64,000 bases of DNA, taken from NCBI GenBank assembly GCA_030141605.1, contig JAQGDQ010000978.1, positions 1 to 64,000 on the forward strand, in the 5' to 3' direction. Every line of letters begins with the position of its first letter. Position 1 is the stretch's first letter. This DNA comes from Tubiluchus corallicola (Eukaryota > Animalia > Priapulida). Positions 43,030 through 56,743 of the stretch are shown here, in pieces. The notes under the pieces are model-generated. The model had not been told where the DNA came from, ran no database searches, and saw nothing but the letters and a program-made list of their open reading frames with translations. The translations under genes and the position numbers were made by a program.

Positions 43030-43110
43030 TACCTCAGTGGTGTAACTGTAAGTATAGCTCCCCGGAAAGTAGAAAGTATTGGGTTCGAGTCTCAGTGGAG
43101 TGGTAAACCT
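43030..43110 (+). mobile_element. Degenerate tRNA-like SINE head
   Basis: A-box-like GTGGTGTAACTG and B-box GGTTCGAGTCT. No proper cloverleaf. Confidence 0.4.
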
Positions 43111-43295
43111 TTTCAGAACTGAAATTTATTATTGCTTTCGCGCATACATATAATTACATGAGACAATAAAAGCACTTCTATCCCTGCACCCTTTCTCTTT
43201 GTTTTTTTTGGGGGGGGTTATATTTTTGCGTCTTTATTTTTGGTTTAACGTCTTCAAAAAAATCTTGTTCGTGTAAGTATAACCTGGGTGCATTA

Positions 43296-43573
43296 TACAA
43301 GGTGTTCCGAAAGAAACAGTGCAGTAAAGATATGACAAATGTGGCAAAATTAATCAGCTCTTAATTAAATGTAAAATACAGTGATTTTGCAACGAAGCAA
43401 AAATAATATTCGTCATTGTAACATTTTTAATAATTATATAATTTTTTATAATAATAGTTTATTCGTCATTATTCAAATTTTTCCATAAAAAACTTGATAT
43501 GACCACAGTGATGGTTGGGCTTTGCATTGTGTAAATCTTTTGTTAGTTTGCCGTTTTTTTGGAACGCCCTGTA
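43296..43573. mobile_element. Tc1/mariner-like MITE
   Basis: TA-CAAGGTGTTCC ... GGAACGCCCTG-TA imperfect TIRs with a TA target site. Confidence 0.65.
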
Positions 43574-44126
43574 TTACATCTGCAGCACGGAACCTTTACT
43601 CTACTCAAACCCCCAACCCATATTCCTTCCTATAAGAAATTCAAATCCGCAGCTCTTATCAACAATTGGACATTCGCTTATGAAAGAGTTAGCATGACCT
43701 ACATCTTCCTTAACCCATTTCCAGACTTAATTGAAAACATCGTTCAGCAGCCGAATGGAGAAAACCAAGATGAGGCGTATCCATGGCGACCGTGATTCCC
43801 AGGGCATCAGTTTTACTAGTTTTAATTAAATTAATTTGTCGCGTACAGCGCGCGGTATATGGCTACTGCAAATGCACGAAAACGACGCGTCGACTTTTTT
43901 CCGGTTTTTTCCGACGCTTTGTTCCGGGAATTTGGAATTGAAATAATTCGACGGTGATGATGGTACTGGATGCTGAGAGCATTCGATGATTACTTCTCCG
44001 TATTACGTCTGCATTGTGTCCAAGATAACGGTGACCTTATTTGACTATACTCTGACGAAAAGCTCATATTTAGTAAAACTGCCAACTTTCAGTCATAATG
44101 CAGACTTATTGTGAACTGCTCTTAAT

Positions 44127-44311
44127 TTAACCCTTTCATACCCGTTGTATCCCATGGGATACGAGAATATTTTCTGCCTTTAAAATTAATAAAATTTTAA
44201 AACTGACAGCTATTTGATCTGTCAATAGTCATTTGGATTTAAGCCAATAACAATAGACTAAAAATAGTGATAAAATGGCAAACTAAAAAATCTACATAGC
44301 ACAAAAAACTG
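44127..44311 (-). mobile_element. piggyBac-like MITE, truncated inverted copy
   Basis: TTAACCCTTTCATACCCGTTGTATCCCATGGGATAC is the reverse complement of the right end of 41677-42102. Confidence 0.8.
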
Positions 44312-44314
44312 CGC

Positions 44315-44571
<257 letters not shown>

Positions 44572-45122
44572 ACTTGCTAAACTTTATTTTTATTCTGATG
44601 ACTTTGTAACAGTTTTTTGTGCCTTGGTAAGTAAATGTCCTAATGGTGCTAATTATATCTTTTAGCTTAATTTTCGGCTTTGAAAATGCTAGTGTTAACA
44701 GCGACTTTTCTCAATTAGTGATTAAACACATGGATCAGTTGACAGTTTACTGGTTGCCCCTCAACCATTTGGTGTGGTGTTGACTAAAAAGTTAGCGATG
44801 GCGGATACATTGTAAACGCCCTCACCTCGGCAATGTTGTGACTCCTTGTAGATTAGTGAACCAATATTTAAAGAGGGTGTTTTTGCTCCTGATATAGAAC
44901 TCTATCAAACTTACAAAGGATGCGAAAAGATGATTATATTTTATTTAAAAACATCTAGCCATTATTAGCGTACGTAATCTCTCTGAACCAGGCAAAAAAC
45001 ATTGTTCTAAAAATCCTCAAGCTAAGTGAAATCATGTTCATATAAATATAAATGTTCATATGAATATAAACAGTATTTCCTAAAGTTTCTTGGTTACTAC
45101 CGGTTCGTTGGACTCTCCTGCA

Positions 45123-45283
45123 TCACTCACATCCGAACTCTTTTAGGCTTAAGTCCTTGACGAGACGTCCTTTTTGTGCAGAAGGTTTGGAACATGTTCC
45201 TCTGAGATTCATGAATGGGGAGACTGGATCCCACCAGACTTCTCTTATCCAACGCATCGGACAGCTACAATCCAGTGGATTAC
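45123..45283 (-). CDS. Secreted LRR protein, exon 2 (LRRCT cap)
   Basis: TTTTTGATAG acceptor, phase 1. Translates (G)NPLDCSCPMRWIREVWWDPVSPFMNLRGTCSKPSAQKGRLVKDLSLKEFGCE*, a canonical NPxxCxC...C..P...C LRRCT. Minus-strand AATAAA near 44945. Confidence 0.88.
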
Positions 45284-45677
45284 CTATCAAAAAGCATCCA
45301 TTTAGCTCTCATTTTAGGCAAATATAACTTCGGTCCATGCAGAGTAATATCTGGCATATTATATGGTATTAAAATTCAACATTTTGATCAAAATTCAACA
45401 AAACCTACAGCCTTACTAAATGAGAATCATTGCATGATAAAAGACAAAAAACAATTATACCATTGTAATGGTGGTATTTTCCGCGTGAGAGTAAGCCTCT
45501 TGTACTTGTAAATTTGTGCATCAGCACTGGATGTCTTTTGAAGCATTTAGACTTACGTACAAACGTTCAAAACATGCTTACAATTTCAATGGGGTGTACA
45601 ACAGCATTTTTACAAGAAAATCAATCAAAATAAATCTGAAAGTTAAGCTGCTAAATACATTGTAACAAGTATCTAAC

Positions 45678-46296
45678 CTTGTAGATAAAATGTCCCCGTT
45701 TTTTCCAGTGCTTTTGGATGCTGACTCAACTTGAATGTAGACAAGTTGTCTCCTACCATATAGATGGTCGTCAGCAGCGGCTGCTTTTCCAGGTTCAGAT
45801 CGCGCAGCTTCAGTTTCTGATTCCAGCTGAGATTCAGTGTCTTCAGTTTTCTCAGGTTAGTAAACGACTTGCGATGAATCTTTGTCAGTTCTGGGTTCAT
45901 GACAATCGAGACAGCCTGAACGTCCTTCACCGTACCGAAGACTTGTTTCTGCAGGATGGTCAGCCGCTCGTTGTTCATGACCAAGACGTTGGAGACATTT
46001 TTAGACGAAAGGAAACCTCTCGGCAACTCTCTTCCTTTATATTTACGTATCCATAACTCGTAGATTGGTTTGTCCATCTTGGACATAGACGTCTTTAACT
46101 CGTCTGCAGTTAGTTGTTCGCAGATGACTTCTGTACAAGTCGTGGCGAGGTGGCTCTTCATCCAGCAGGAACAAAAGCCAACGTCTTCGGGACATGTCTG
46201 ATATCCGGGACATTGGACCTGTATATTGCCAGCTTGGCAACAAAAGAAACAGAAACAAATAGACACAAATAAAAGAATGAAACTCGATTCGTCCAT
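45678..46296 (-). CDS. Secreted LRR protein, exon 1 (signal peptide, Cys-rich LRRNT, LRRs)
   Basis: Hydrophobic N-terminus, TCPEDVGFCSC...VIC cap, LRR motifs (FTNLRKLKTLNLSWNQKL; LTTIYMVGDNL). Phase-1 donor CAAG|GTTAGA. The spliced product is 259 aa. Confidence 0.9.
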
Positions 46297-46469
46297 GGCC
46301 GTCGCTTCCTGAGATAATGCTGGCGGATATCATAATGTACTAATTCAGTATAGTATCTCCGAGGGATTGAAACACAGGAAGCGGAAATAGATTATTTCAA
46401 AATTCCGAGTCTTCAGTTCAGAATCTACAAGTTAGGTGCGTGTGCCACTTGTTATGTTGAGGAATATTC

Positions 46470-46472
<3 letters not shown>

Positions 46473-46536
<64 letters not shown>

Positions 46537-46583
46537 GCGCACGCACGCACGCACGCACGCACGCACACACAACACTCACACAC

Positions 46584-46659
<76 letters not shown>
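46473..46659. repeat. (CA)n/(CACG)n and (TA)n microsatellites upstream of the LRR gene
   Basis: Direct reading. Confidence 0.95.
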
Positions 46660-46665
<6 letters not shown>

Positions 46666-48310
46666 GAACTACATGTATATATATTTACACTAACTATGTA
46701 TACACATGCACATATTATTTTATATAGACATCTATATAGATATCTATACCTGTGTACTGACATAAACTATTGTATTTGTTAAACATATACACAGTTAGTC
46801 AATTATTTAAATATATAAGCAAAATAATCAAGTGCATTTATTTCAGTTTGTTTAAAAGACGTTAGCACTATAGTCCTAAGGACTATATCTATCACATAGT
46901 ATATATACGTATATTACATCAAAATCATGCAATTACACTAAGAGAAAGTCGCTACGTTTTGACACAACGCACATTGTCAGTATTAAAAATTACTAACAGT
47001 ACTGACGGAAGTTATAGGCTATACTTCCGGGTGCAGGTCAAACAACAATCAGTTAAAGGACCACCAGTCAAAGGGCCACAGGTCAAACCGCTCACCAAGT
47101 CACCAGCTACCACACAACCACGCTAACAATTTGTAGGCGATGCGTCTTGATGAACTATCGCGTTTGTTCACTCTTCTAGGCAAAATACTTATTCAACGAT
47201 AATACACAGCAAATTTTTTGTATATTTTTTGTATACTCCACAACTTCTTAATTTTCCTGTGTCATTTTTAAACTGCATTTTTTGCCTAGCCCATTTTTTC
47301 TGCGCCATTTTGGTACATCAGATATTCGAATTTGTCGTTACTGTATTTCATTATTAATTTTTGTTTTATAAAGTATATTTTTTAAACTTATGTATCAAGT
47401 GTACTTTTTCGTACTTTTGTAAAAAGTGTACTTTTTTAAGAGTTTATTTTTTAATTCTTTACTGAGTGCATAGCGGCCATTTTGTAACTAAAAAAGAATG
47501 CTGTCAAGTACTGGGGTTTGCTCAGAAAAAAAAGACCTCTAAATCAATAGACCTCTTCTTGGGTTTTCCTAGGTGCCTTTCTATTTTATGTAGGTACTTT
47601 GTGGCATTTTTTCCATTTGGCAGAAATTTCAAACAGCTATGATTCTCAACTGCTAGGGACAGTGACATTACCGCAGGCGTGAAATCACCACAATCGAATC
47701 TACGAACCTTTTCTCTAGTAATAGGAAATATCCATAGTCACCGGGCGGATCTTACAAACGTAAAACAATGGCGGTGGGTGGTGAAGAATTGAAATAACAA
47801 GCCCGGCTGTTTGCCAACAGAAAAAACAACTTAAATTCACTTGTGGGAAAACTTGGCTTGTCCTTTTACGTTTTCATAAGCTAATTACTTGCTGAAAGAA
47901 TCATTTTAACAGCATCAGTGACTAGATCTGCCCCTTCGCTGTTATTAGCTTTAGCTCAAATAAGCCCAGTACGTAATTATTTGCCTGCTATTTTCTAGTC
48001 CTAGATTTTCTCTAGGCAAAATGTCAACGTTGCGCAATTGGAGATAAGGAGAGCTTTGCACTCCAACCTGTTTTATGTTCTGCTTTTCTGAAACTTCCTT
48101 TGTTTTATCTACAAGAAACTGTTTCTGGTATTGTCCCCGGCCATTGCACTGGGTAATAATTGGCTGGTAGTGTGTTGCGTTTAATTCCCCCTCTTTCAAG
48201 TGGTAATGTAGTTTTTTCCAAAAAGTATTAGTACACGTAATTGTTATTTACTTAATAATAAAAATATTAAATTGTAAGTATTATAACTTTATGTCGCGGG
48301 TCAGTCTATT

Positions 48311-48851
48311 TATAGGTTTTACACGTCAAATGTAGACACAGGAAAGTTCAAATGTGACTTAGGTAAGTCAAATGTAGACATAGAAAGTTCAAATATGACT
48401 TAGGTAAGTCAAATGTAGACATAGGAATTTCGAATGTGTTTTGGTAACTCAAATGTGACTTAGGTAAGTCAAATGTAGATGCATTACTTTGAATAAATCG
48501 GTAATGAAGTTATTTAAGCGCAAATTAGAAAAAGATAAACCAAAGATAGTGCATCTCTTAGTAGGCCTATAACGTTATTTTAACTTAGGAGCAATTATTA
48601 AATTGAAATTAAAAAAAGATTAAATTTAACATCCTTAAACTTTGCCACCTATCCACATTTGAGATACCAATGTCACATTTGACTTAAAATGTATCTACAT
48701 TTGACTTACCAAAAGCGCTTAAGATTTCTTGAAAACCATTGTTAACACATTTGAGCTACCTAAGTCTACATTTGAGCTACCAAGACACATTTGAATTACC
48801 TAAATCTACATTTGAGTTAACGCAGGTCTACATTTGACATGTAAAACTATA
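48311..48851. mobile_element. Foldback/MITE-like element with long inverted ends built from TCAAATGTAGAC subrepeats
   Basis: TATAGGTTTTACACGTCAAATGTAGAC ... GTCTACATTTGACATGTAAAACTATA, flanked by 80-bp direct repeats. Confidence 0.75.
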
Positions 48852-49245
48852 ACACACGTAATTGTTATTTACTTAATAATAAAAATATTAAGTTGTAGGT
48901 ATTATAAATTTGTGTCGCGGGTCAGTCTATTTAGAACGTCAGTATACTCTGCTTGCACTGTTTCTATCAGTTATTCTAAATAAGATGTCTATATGAATAA
49001 GTATGCCATTGATTGTGCACTAAAATTTACAAATTTGAAAATAAATAAAATGACAATGAGCAAAAAATGAGGAACCTTCCTATCATAAAAAGAGGTGCAG
49101 ACAAACACCCTGGCCAAGGAAGACTTAATAAGGGGAAAACTGGTTAGCATAAATAGCTATTACCTGAAGAAATATTATGTCAAAATTGAAAATTCCTACA
49201 GTGTACTGGGTGCACATTTTCTCAGTTAACTCAGCCTGTTCCCTT

Positions 49246-49465
49246 TAGGTTCACGTAGATCCACGTTGAAAACTTGTAGCCATGACGTGTAGGTTCTCGT
49301 AGATCCACGTTGAAAACTTGTAGCCATGACGTGTAGGTTCTCGTAGATCCACGTTGAAAACCTGTAGCCATGACGTGTAGGTTCTCGTAGATCCACGTTG
49401 AAAACCTGTAGCCATGACGTTTAGGTTCTCGTAGATCCACGTTGAAAACCTGCAGCCATGACGTT
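49246..49465. repeat. 44-bp minisatellite, 5 copies
   Basis: Unit GTAGATCCACGTTGAAAACTTGTAGCCATGACGTGTAGGTTCTC. Confidence 0.95.
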
Positions 49466-49526
49466 CAGCCGTGTTTCCTAATTCACAGATTTTTGTGCCT
49501 GGAGGTTTTTTGTTGTACTACCCCTT

Positions 49527-50023
49527 TTACTACCAGTACCACTACCACTACGTACACTACCACTACCACTACGTACACTACCACTACCAGTACCACTACG
49601 TACACTACCACTACGTACACTACCACTACGTACACTACCACTACCACTACGTACACTACCACTACGTACACTACCACTACGTACACTACCACTACGTACA
49701 CTACCACTACGTACACTACCACTACCACTACGTACACTACCACTACGTACACTACCACTACGTACACTACCACTACCACTACGTACACTACCACTACGTA
49801 CACTACCACTACGTACACTACCACTACCACTACGTACACTACCACTATCACTACGTACACTACCACTACGTACACTACCACTACCACTACCACTACGTAC
49901 ACTACCACTACGTACACTACCACTACCACTACGTACACTACCACTACGTACACTACCACTACCACTACGTACACTACCACTACGTACACTACCACTACGT
50001 ACACTACCACTACCACTACGTAC
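49527..50023. repeat. ACTACC / ACTACCACTACGTAC compound minisatellite (15/21-bp units)
   Basis: Direct reading. Confidence 0.95.
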
Positions 50024-51160
50024 AATACTACAATTATGATTTATTTGAGCAGGGTCTGGGAAATTGACTTCCTGCTTGCTGACCAAATTTTCCTTACTAC
50101 ATTTTCCTCCACCTGCTCGTCTGTAGAAAAATGATTGATAAAGATTCCCTATGGTCATACATCCCTGGGTCTATTCTACAGACTCTTTACCTCGAATATC
50201 ATGTGCGTGATGTGAAGCGAGAAAGGAGAAACGAGATTTCGACGCGCTCTTTGCTGCTGCTGCTGCTGATAATAATAATAGTAATGACGACAATAATGAC
50301 AGTGATTGCAGCAGTGATGATGATGATGACGTTGATGTTGATGTTAATGTTGATGTTGACGTTGATGTTGATGTTGATAATGGTGATGGTGATGATGGGA
50401 TGATGACATTAATATAGTTCTTCAATGTTTCATTATGAGTGTTTCATTCGCGAAATTTGGTTATGAATGCAAATGCTAAAAGTCTTGAAGTCCTGATGTG
50501 GCTTGAAATGTTGTTTGAAGCTGTTACAAGTATGATATCTGCTTTTCTTTAACACTCTTCTCTATTCGGCCTGTTGCTTGGCTAACTACCTGATTTTGCT
50601 GCGTCCATTGTTACGGTTGTCGTCATCACTGTCCAGCCACCGCTAGCTTTGCAGCTGCGATTGAACTACTGATTCTGTTGCGCACGTTGCAGTCATGATA
50701 TTGTTGCAGCTACTGTTATTGTTGTTGATGTTGATGATGGTGATTCTTCTGTAATTACTCTTCCCAAGACTGTTGATGCTATTGTTGCTAGTAATGCCAT
50801 ACCTGTAACTAGTATTGTTACGGAATAAAATGGCTGATTCTGTTACTGTTGCAGTCATTATTATCGTCGCTGTCGTCGCTATTATTTATTTGTAAAACAA
50901 AATACTAAAATTCGTGAAATTTGAAATTGGTAATAAACGAATTTATATCGCAGAGTTGTTTGAAAAAACAATTTATCAGTCACTGATAGTGTTGAAAAGT
51001 GCAAAGCGAAAGTTCTGAAGCCTCTTTTTTGGACGAAACCAGGTAAAAAGTCAAAGGTAAAAAGTGGAATGTTAAAAAAGTCACACAAAAAAGTCACAGG
51101 AAAAAAGAAATAACCTTAATCCTAATCCTACCATAACCCTAACACCAACTATTGCCAAAA

Positions 51161-51626
51161 TTAACCCTTTCAGTCCCAAATTATTTTTTAAGAAGAAAAA
51201 ATTTTTTGGCCTGGTACTTTTGTTCAGTATGTCCATCTTGTTTACACATAATAATTATTTTTTCTACCTGTGCCCGCGTGCTAAATATAGCCTCTATCCC
51301 ACGGGATACTTTGGGATTCAATGGAAGCATAAAATGTGCTTCATTTTGCAACTGTTGATAATTTTTTAAAGTATTTAAGACATTTAGTATGCATGCTATG
51401 CTCATCTGTACAAAGTCATCTCTAAAGTACTGTACCTTGCACAGTTTTTTATGCAATGTAGATTTTCTAGTTTGCCATTTTATCACCATTTTAAGTCTAT
51501 TGTTATTGGCTTAAATCAAAATAACTATTAACAGATCAAATAACTGTCAGTTTTAAAATTTTATTAATCTTAAAGGCAAAAAATATTCTTGTATCCCACG
51601 TGATGCAACGGGTATGAAAGGGTTAA
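51161..51626 (+). mobile_element. piggyBac-like MITE, copy 2, nested in another inverted-repeat element
   Basis: TTAA-CCCTTTCAGTCCC ... GGGTATGAAAGGG-TTAA. Confidence 0.85.
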
Positions 51627-52149
51627 TTGGAACTTTTTCCTGTGACTTTATTACCAGTCAGCTTCTGGACACCCTTTTTTCTGGGCATCCGCTATGAAGC
51701 TGCCAGTTCTAATAAATCACGTGACGGGTACAAATTAACAGCAGGGAAGAAGTCCTGCAATGAAAGCAGTTATTCTGCCTTGTATTCAGCACATTTTATT
51801 ATAAGGTCACGTGTATTGACGACTGAAGCTAAAAGCCACGATCAACCCATTCATCTTCTGGACAGAGGAAAATTGCAGCTCATAACAGCCTGCAGGGAAA
51901 TGAACTGTATTGATTGCGCAATAGAATGGCCATTACTCATAGCATCATAAACGGGCAGACGGACATGGGTCAGGCAGATGAGGGGTGGGGGGCAAGAACG
52001 GTCACGAACAAACTCTTCTGATTACAGGGAATCAAAGCAACTTTTTCTGAGAACACAGCAGTAGAAAAAGAGGCGTAGTTACTATAAACAAGCATTGAGT
52101 TTTAATACACATTAATGGGAACACATATTTTAACATTCAAAGATTGACA

Positions 52150-52187
<38 letters not shown>

Positions 52188-52550
52188 AATCATGATGATA
52201 GCGATTATGATAATGACGATGATGATGATGAGGATGACGATGATGATGATGATGATGACGATGATGATAGTGATGATGATGATGACGACGACGACGACGA
52301 CGACGACGATGGTGATGATGATGATGATGATGATGATGATAATGAAGATGACGATGATGATGACGATGATGATGATGATGATGATAATGAAGATGACGAT
52401 GATGACAATGATGATGATGACGATGATGATGACGATGATGATCATGATGATGACGATGATGATGATGATGATGATGACGATGATGATGATGACAATGATG
52501 ATAACGAAGATGACGATGATGATGATGATGATGACGATGACGACGACAAC
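52150..52550. repeat. (GAT/GAC)n microsatellite
   Basis: Direct reading. Confidence 0.95.
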
Positions 52551-53318
52551 GACTGCAGTGATGTTAATAACGGTCACGATGACATTAGCTGACGATATTA
52601 ATACTAATGATGTCAATCTTAACATTGAAGTAAACGTTGTTTGTCAAACTATTAGACGTCGTTTTTATCACTCATGTCTTCCTTGTTTGAAGTTATCCAC
52701 CCTGTGCGACCACCATAATTATCCACCGTGCAATAATTGTACAAGCAAAGTCAAGTAAAAACTGATTCAGATATTCTGTTAGAGGACGACGCCTTTCCTA
52801 GGATAGCCACGCCCATCATGTTTTTTGGCACACGCCCCTTAAAGAACTCAGCCTGTTCATAAGTCGATCTGCACTCAAGCCAGTCATTCGCTCTGCTACT
52901 AAGATTATATAGTCAGTGTATTGACTCGCGGAATCACAAAACGTTTTTCTATCTAAAAAATGTAAAAAATGTAATATGATTTTCTATCTAAAAATGTAAA
53001 AAAAGAACAATAAGTTTCACAGATATTAAAGAAATGCATTTGTTTCAAACACTATTAAGCAACCATAAGCTAATGAATAGATCCATTTATGTCCCCTAGT
53101 CCTTAACTCATTGATCCTCGAACAATCCCCCCTCCCCCCCCCCCCACCAAACCCAGTAACCACATTGAACAGTTAAAATAAAGAGTCCTTTAGGTTGAAT
53201 AATTCCGTAGACCAGCTATCTCTGGACTACGTCGCCATCATACCACCATTATATCAGTAGTTAATGAATTGGTTTTTTATCCCGTCAATGCTTTACACAT
53301 GCTTTGCAGGGGCACTGG

Positions 53319-53879
53319 TTAAAGCAAAACCGGGCCCAATCTTAAACTGTAAGTCAAAACAATCTACTCTTTAAAATATTGAAAGTAAACATACTATTTT
53401 TTCAAAAATGACTTGCTTGAAAGAATTATTACCACACGAACACAGTTACACTGTCGCCATTTGCTGGTTAGACGGGCACTTGCGCCTGCATTTCGGAAAC
53501 ACTTTACATAAAAAACAGCTGCTATATCTCTCATTTCAGATGTGTTCGTTTGTGACGAACTGCACACGTTCGACAGCTCATGCATAAACACAGCGGTAAA
53601 TTTGAAATTTGAATTTTTCTCTTGAAACTTGCCTATTTTAGTACAACAATATCAATTTTCTCTTTCACAAACACGTGCAACACCCTCGTGGAATATTTTT
53701 GCTATTGAAAGTTATTAGTTTGTGATGTCATCAATAGTTGGGCTCGCCCGCCGTTAATTTGTTTTTAATCTATTATTTAATTATTAGAAACGCTTTTGCA
53801 GTAATAATTGTGTTAAAATATTTACTTTTTATCAGACTTGAAAATGGGGTAGTAGATGAAAAATCATGTCTTCCTTTAA
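53319..53879. mobile_element. Kolobok-like MITE (family C, complete copy)
   Basis: TTAA-AGCAAAAC ... GTCTTCCT-TTAA. Matches 23214-23827. Confidence 0.7.
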
Positions 53880-55538
53880 CGGAAGTCCATCTACAAGAGA
53901 CTAGCTTTATAGGAAACCTGGGATAATATATAGAAACCTTTATAGGAATAATAATGGAGTATCAAATGCTAAATACTTTATTCGAATTTTTGATGTATTT
54001 TTCCTTTGTTGTTGTTTCTGTTGTTGAGGTTTCGTGCACTTACTGTCGAGGGGCCCATGAGCAATGAGTTCAGAAGCCAGTGAACAGATGTCTAGGGATG
54101 AAGCAAATCTAATGGTACAAATTACAAATTATCAGTATTTTTGTTCAACTATATATATACACATACGTATAAATTTTACAGATAAACTGGCTACTTAGAA
54201 GATTACGGATATCTTGCAGCGGTATGATTGGAGCTGTGACTCGTAGAATTCAACACATCCCCCCCCCTCACTACCCGACTTGATTGTTTTAGAACTTTTT
54301 CTCAAACAAAATAATTAAAATATGGAACCAGCTCTCTCTCTCTCTCTCTCTCTCTCAGCCTGCCGGCGGTGCCCCCTTGGTCTGTGCTCAGAGTCACAAA
54401 CTTTTTAAAAGATGTAAACCTTAATAATCATTTATCGTTTAATAGGCATATGTAGGCAGCCTTGGCTCTTTGTGTTTTTTAGCACCGCTCCTACTGATAA
54501 TATTTTTCAAAATTGACGTTTTTCCAATAATATTTTTAACTCTTTAGTTGAAATTTGAATGTTTCTTTTATTTTTTTAATCGCCGGGTCTTGGAAGAATT
54601 TTCTGAAGTCATTGTTTGAGTAAGCTGCCTGCCGAGTTCTTGAAATGAGCACTATCAAACGATTGTCTAGTAGTAGTAGGCCTACTGTCAATTATATATT
54701 GCAAAGGCAAGTTTGATCATCTCAGGATTTATTTGCCACACAGTAACCCTTGTCAGCTCTATCATAAAGATGGACGACTTTAATCTTATGCACCAAATCC
54801 CAGTCGATTCAAGCGTTAATAAAATAGGCACGCTACGTCGTCATTTGCCATTAACAAACACATTATGAGCCAAAGCGAAATACGCATTAGGCAGAATTTG
54901 TCAGCCCTCTCTAAATCCCTGAACGAACTGACCACTTCAGGACTCAGTGGACACACATCAATATGGAAAATCAATGGGCTTATTTGAGAGGCCGTTGGCC
55001 GTACGGGAGCGGCTCTGATGGACAGTCTTTACACTTGTTTTCTACAACTGTTTTATTAAAGTGAAATTTTTAGCAAATTTAACGTGCATGTCAAAGGCTA
55101 TGTCTGTTCACAAAGCAAGTAATCATGCAGCAAAAACATGCAATAGTATTGAACAACTTCTGTTATAATGAACCCCCCTCCATCAGAAGATGGATCAGGT
55201 CCTTGCACGCACTTGCTATGCTAATGAGCCAAAACGTTAATAAGATTCCCCACTTGCTGCTAGAGCAAATCTTTTCAATAATTAAGCAAAAGATTTCCTA
55301 TTCTTTACGCTCAGTTGTAATATAGACCCAAAAGATAGGATTAGCTACGGTAAGTGTTTCTAGATTCGATTTTCTACACAGAAAGCTTAATTGCAACTTC
55401 AAGATCCCAAGTAAGCTAGTAAAACGAAAAAAAAGGGAAGATTTTTATTATTATACCCAAGATACAGACTAGTTGAAATTTTTAGTAAAATCTGTTTTTC
55501 TGTATGTACTTTGTTTTGAGAGCAGCGCTAGTTCTATA

Positions 55539-55646
55539 CAGGGCCTATTTCAGAGGGGGGAAGTGGGGATACTTCCATGGGGCCTCACCCTCCAGGGGGG
55601 AGGCTCGCACCAATGTAACATTTTTTGCTTTATGCGAACATACTGC

Positions 55647-55730
<84 letters not shown>

Positions 55731-55880
55731 CGCACGCGCGCCGTTTGCCAGTATTGACAAGTATTAAGGACTGGTCTTGAGAATAAAGCAGTTTTTCTTT
55801 CAATTGTTCTTTCCTTTAACAACTGCATAACTCCATATTTTCTCTTCGAAAATGCTTCTCCGGCGTTCTAGCAGTTCAAA
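55539..55880. mobile_element. Truncated copy of the 11630 hAT-like MITE with an internal (TC)n
   Basis: Same left TIR CAGGGCCTATTTCAG and internal TTTATGCGAACAT and CTCTTCGAAAATGCTTCT. Right TIR absent. Confidence 0.8.
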
Positions 55881-56743
55881 AAGTTACAAAAAAGGTTTCC
55901 TCTTTTACCTGTGTTGACCTTCCATTTGCCTATAATTATCAAACAATCTGAACGAACGAAAAACGATCGAACGGTCGGTGTGCAAAACCGCTAGACATTG
56001 TAAGCATTCTTATATTATTACTATCGCGAATATCTATTTTACTCCTACAAGTACATATATATATATATATATATATATAATCTTTATTTGCCATTAAAAT
56101 ACATTGATAATCACTGATAAAACTTTACACAGATGATCAATCAGTGTTAGTTAATAAAAACTCACACTGTTAAAGGCAAATGCGTCAGTGCAATCTAAAC
56201 TACTGTGCAGTAATGGAAAGTAACGACGAATAAAATCAAACATATTTACAGCTATGCACAAAAAAATGAAAAGTTAACTTGTGAAAACGTTTCGTGACAG
56301 TCTTTATAGCTTGTCAATTGCCAAATGTGAATTTTACGTTAAAAGCTTAAATAAATTTTCAAATACGTTTTTAATTAAAAATTCAACGCAGAAAATATAA
56401 ATGTTTTTCCTATCCATGCAATGACAGCGTTGATGGCATCTCGGTTTTGCTCCTGCCACGCCCACACGCCCTCAAATGAATCCGTACGATTGTCATGCTT
56501 CTAGCCGGACACGTTTTATTGACTGCATTACTGTAGCGTCGGCCTGGCTTCCCAAGCTGACGAAAAGGTTAAAAAAGCAGCTAACAAACAGTGGGCGGTA
56601 CTGCACCACCCACTAAACGTAATTGAAACACAAGTGCCCTGACGCATGCGCGTTGAGCATGGTGATCCATTCTGATTGTGGGGATGTGCATCGCTAAATT
56701 TTTCAAATTATCTTAGGCCCCTTACATTATATAGATGTAAACA

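Noticed and set aside
49442-50158. Thr-rich mucin-like ORF (YTTTT)n
   Set aside because: Multiple frames on both strands are open because the units are multiples of 3. No signal peptide or convincing exon context, although a mucin exon cannot be fully excluded.
52137-52758. Poly-Met/Ile/Ser ORFs
   Set aside because: (GAT)n microsatellite.
54660-55290. Degenerate reverse-transcriptase fragment (minus-strand ...IAFDM...)
   Set aside because: Only a three-residue motif; no other RT motifs found.
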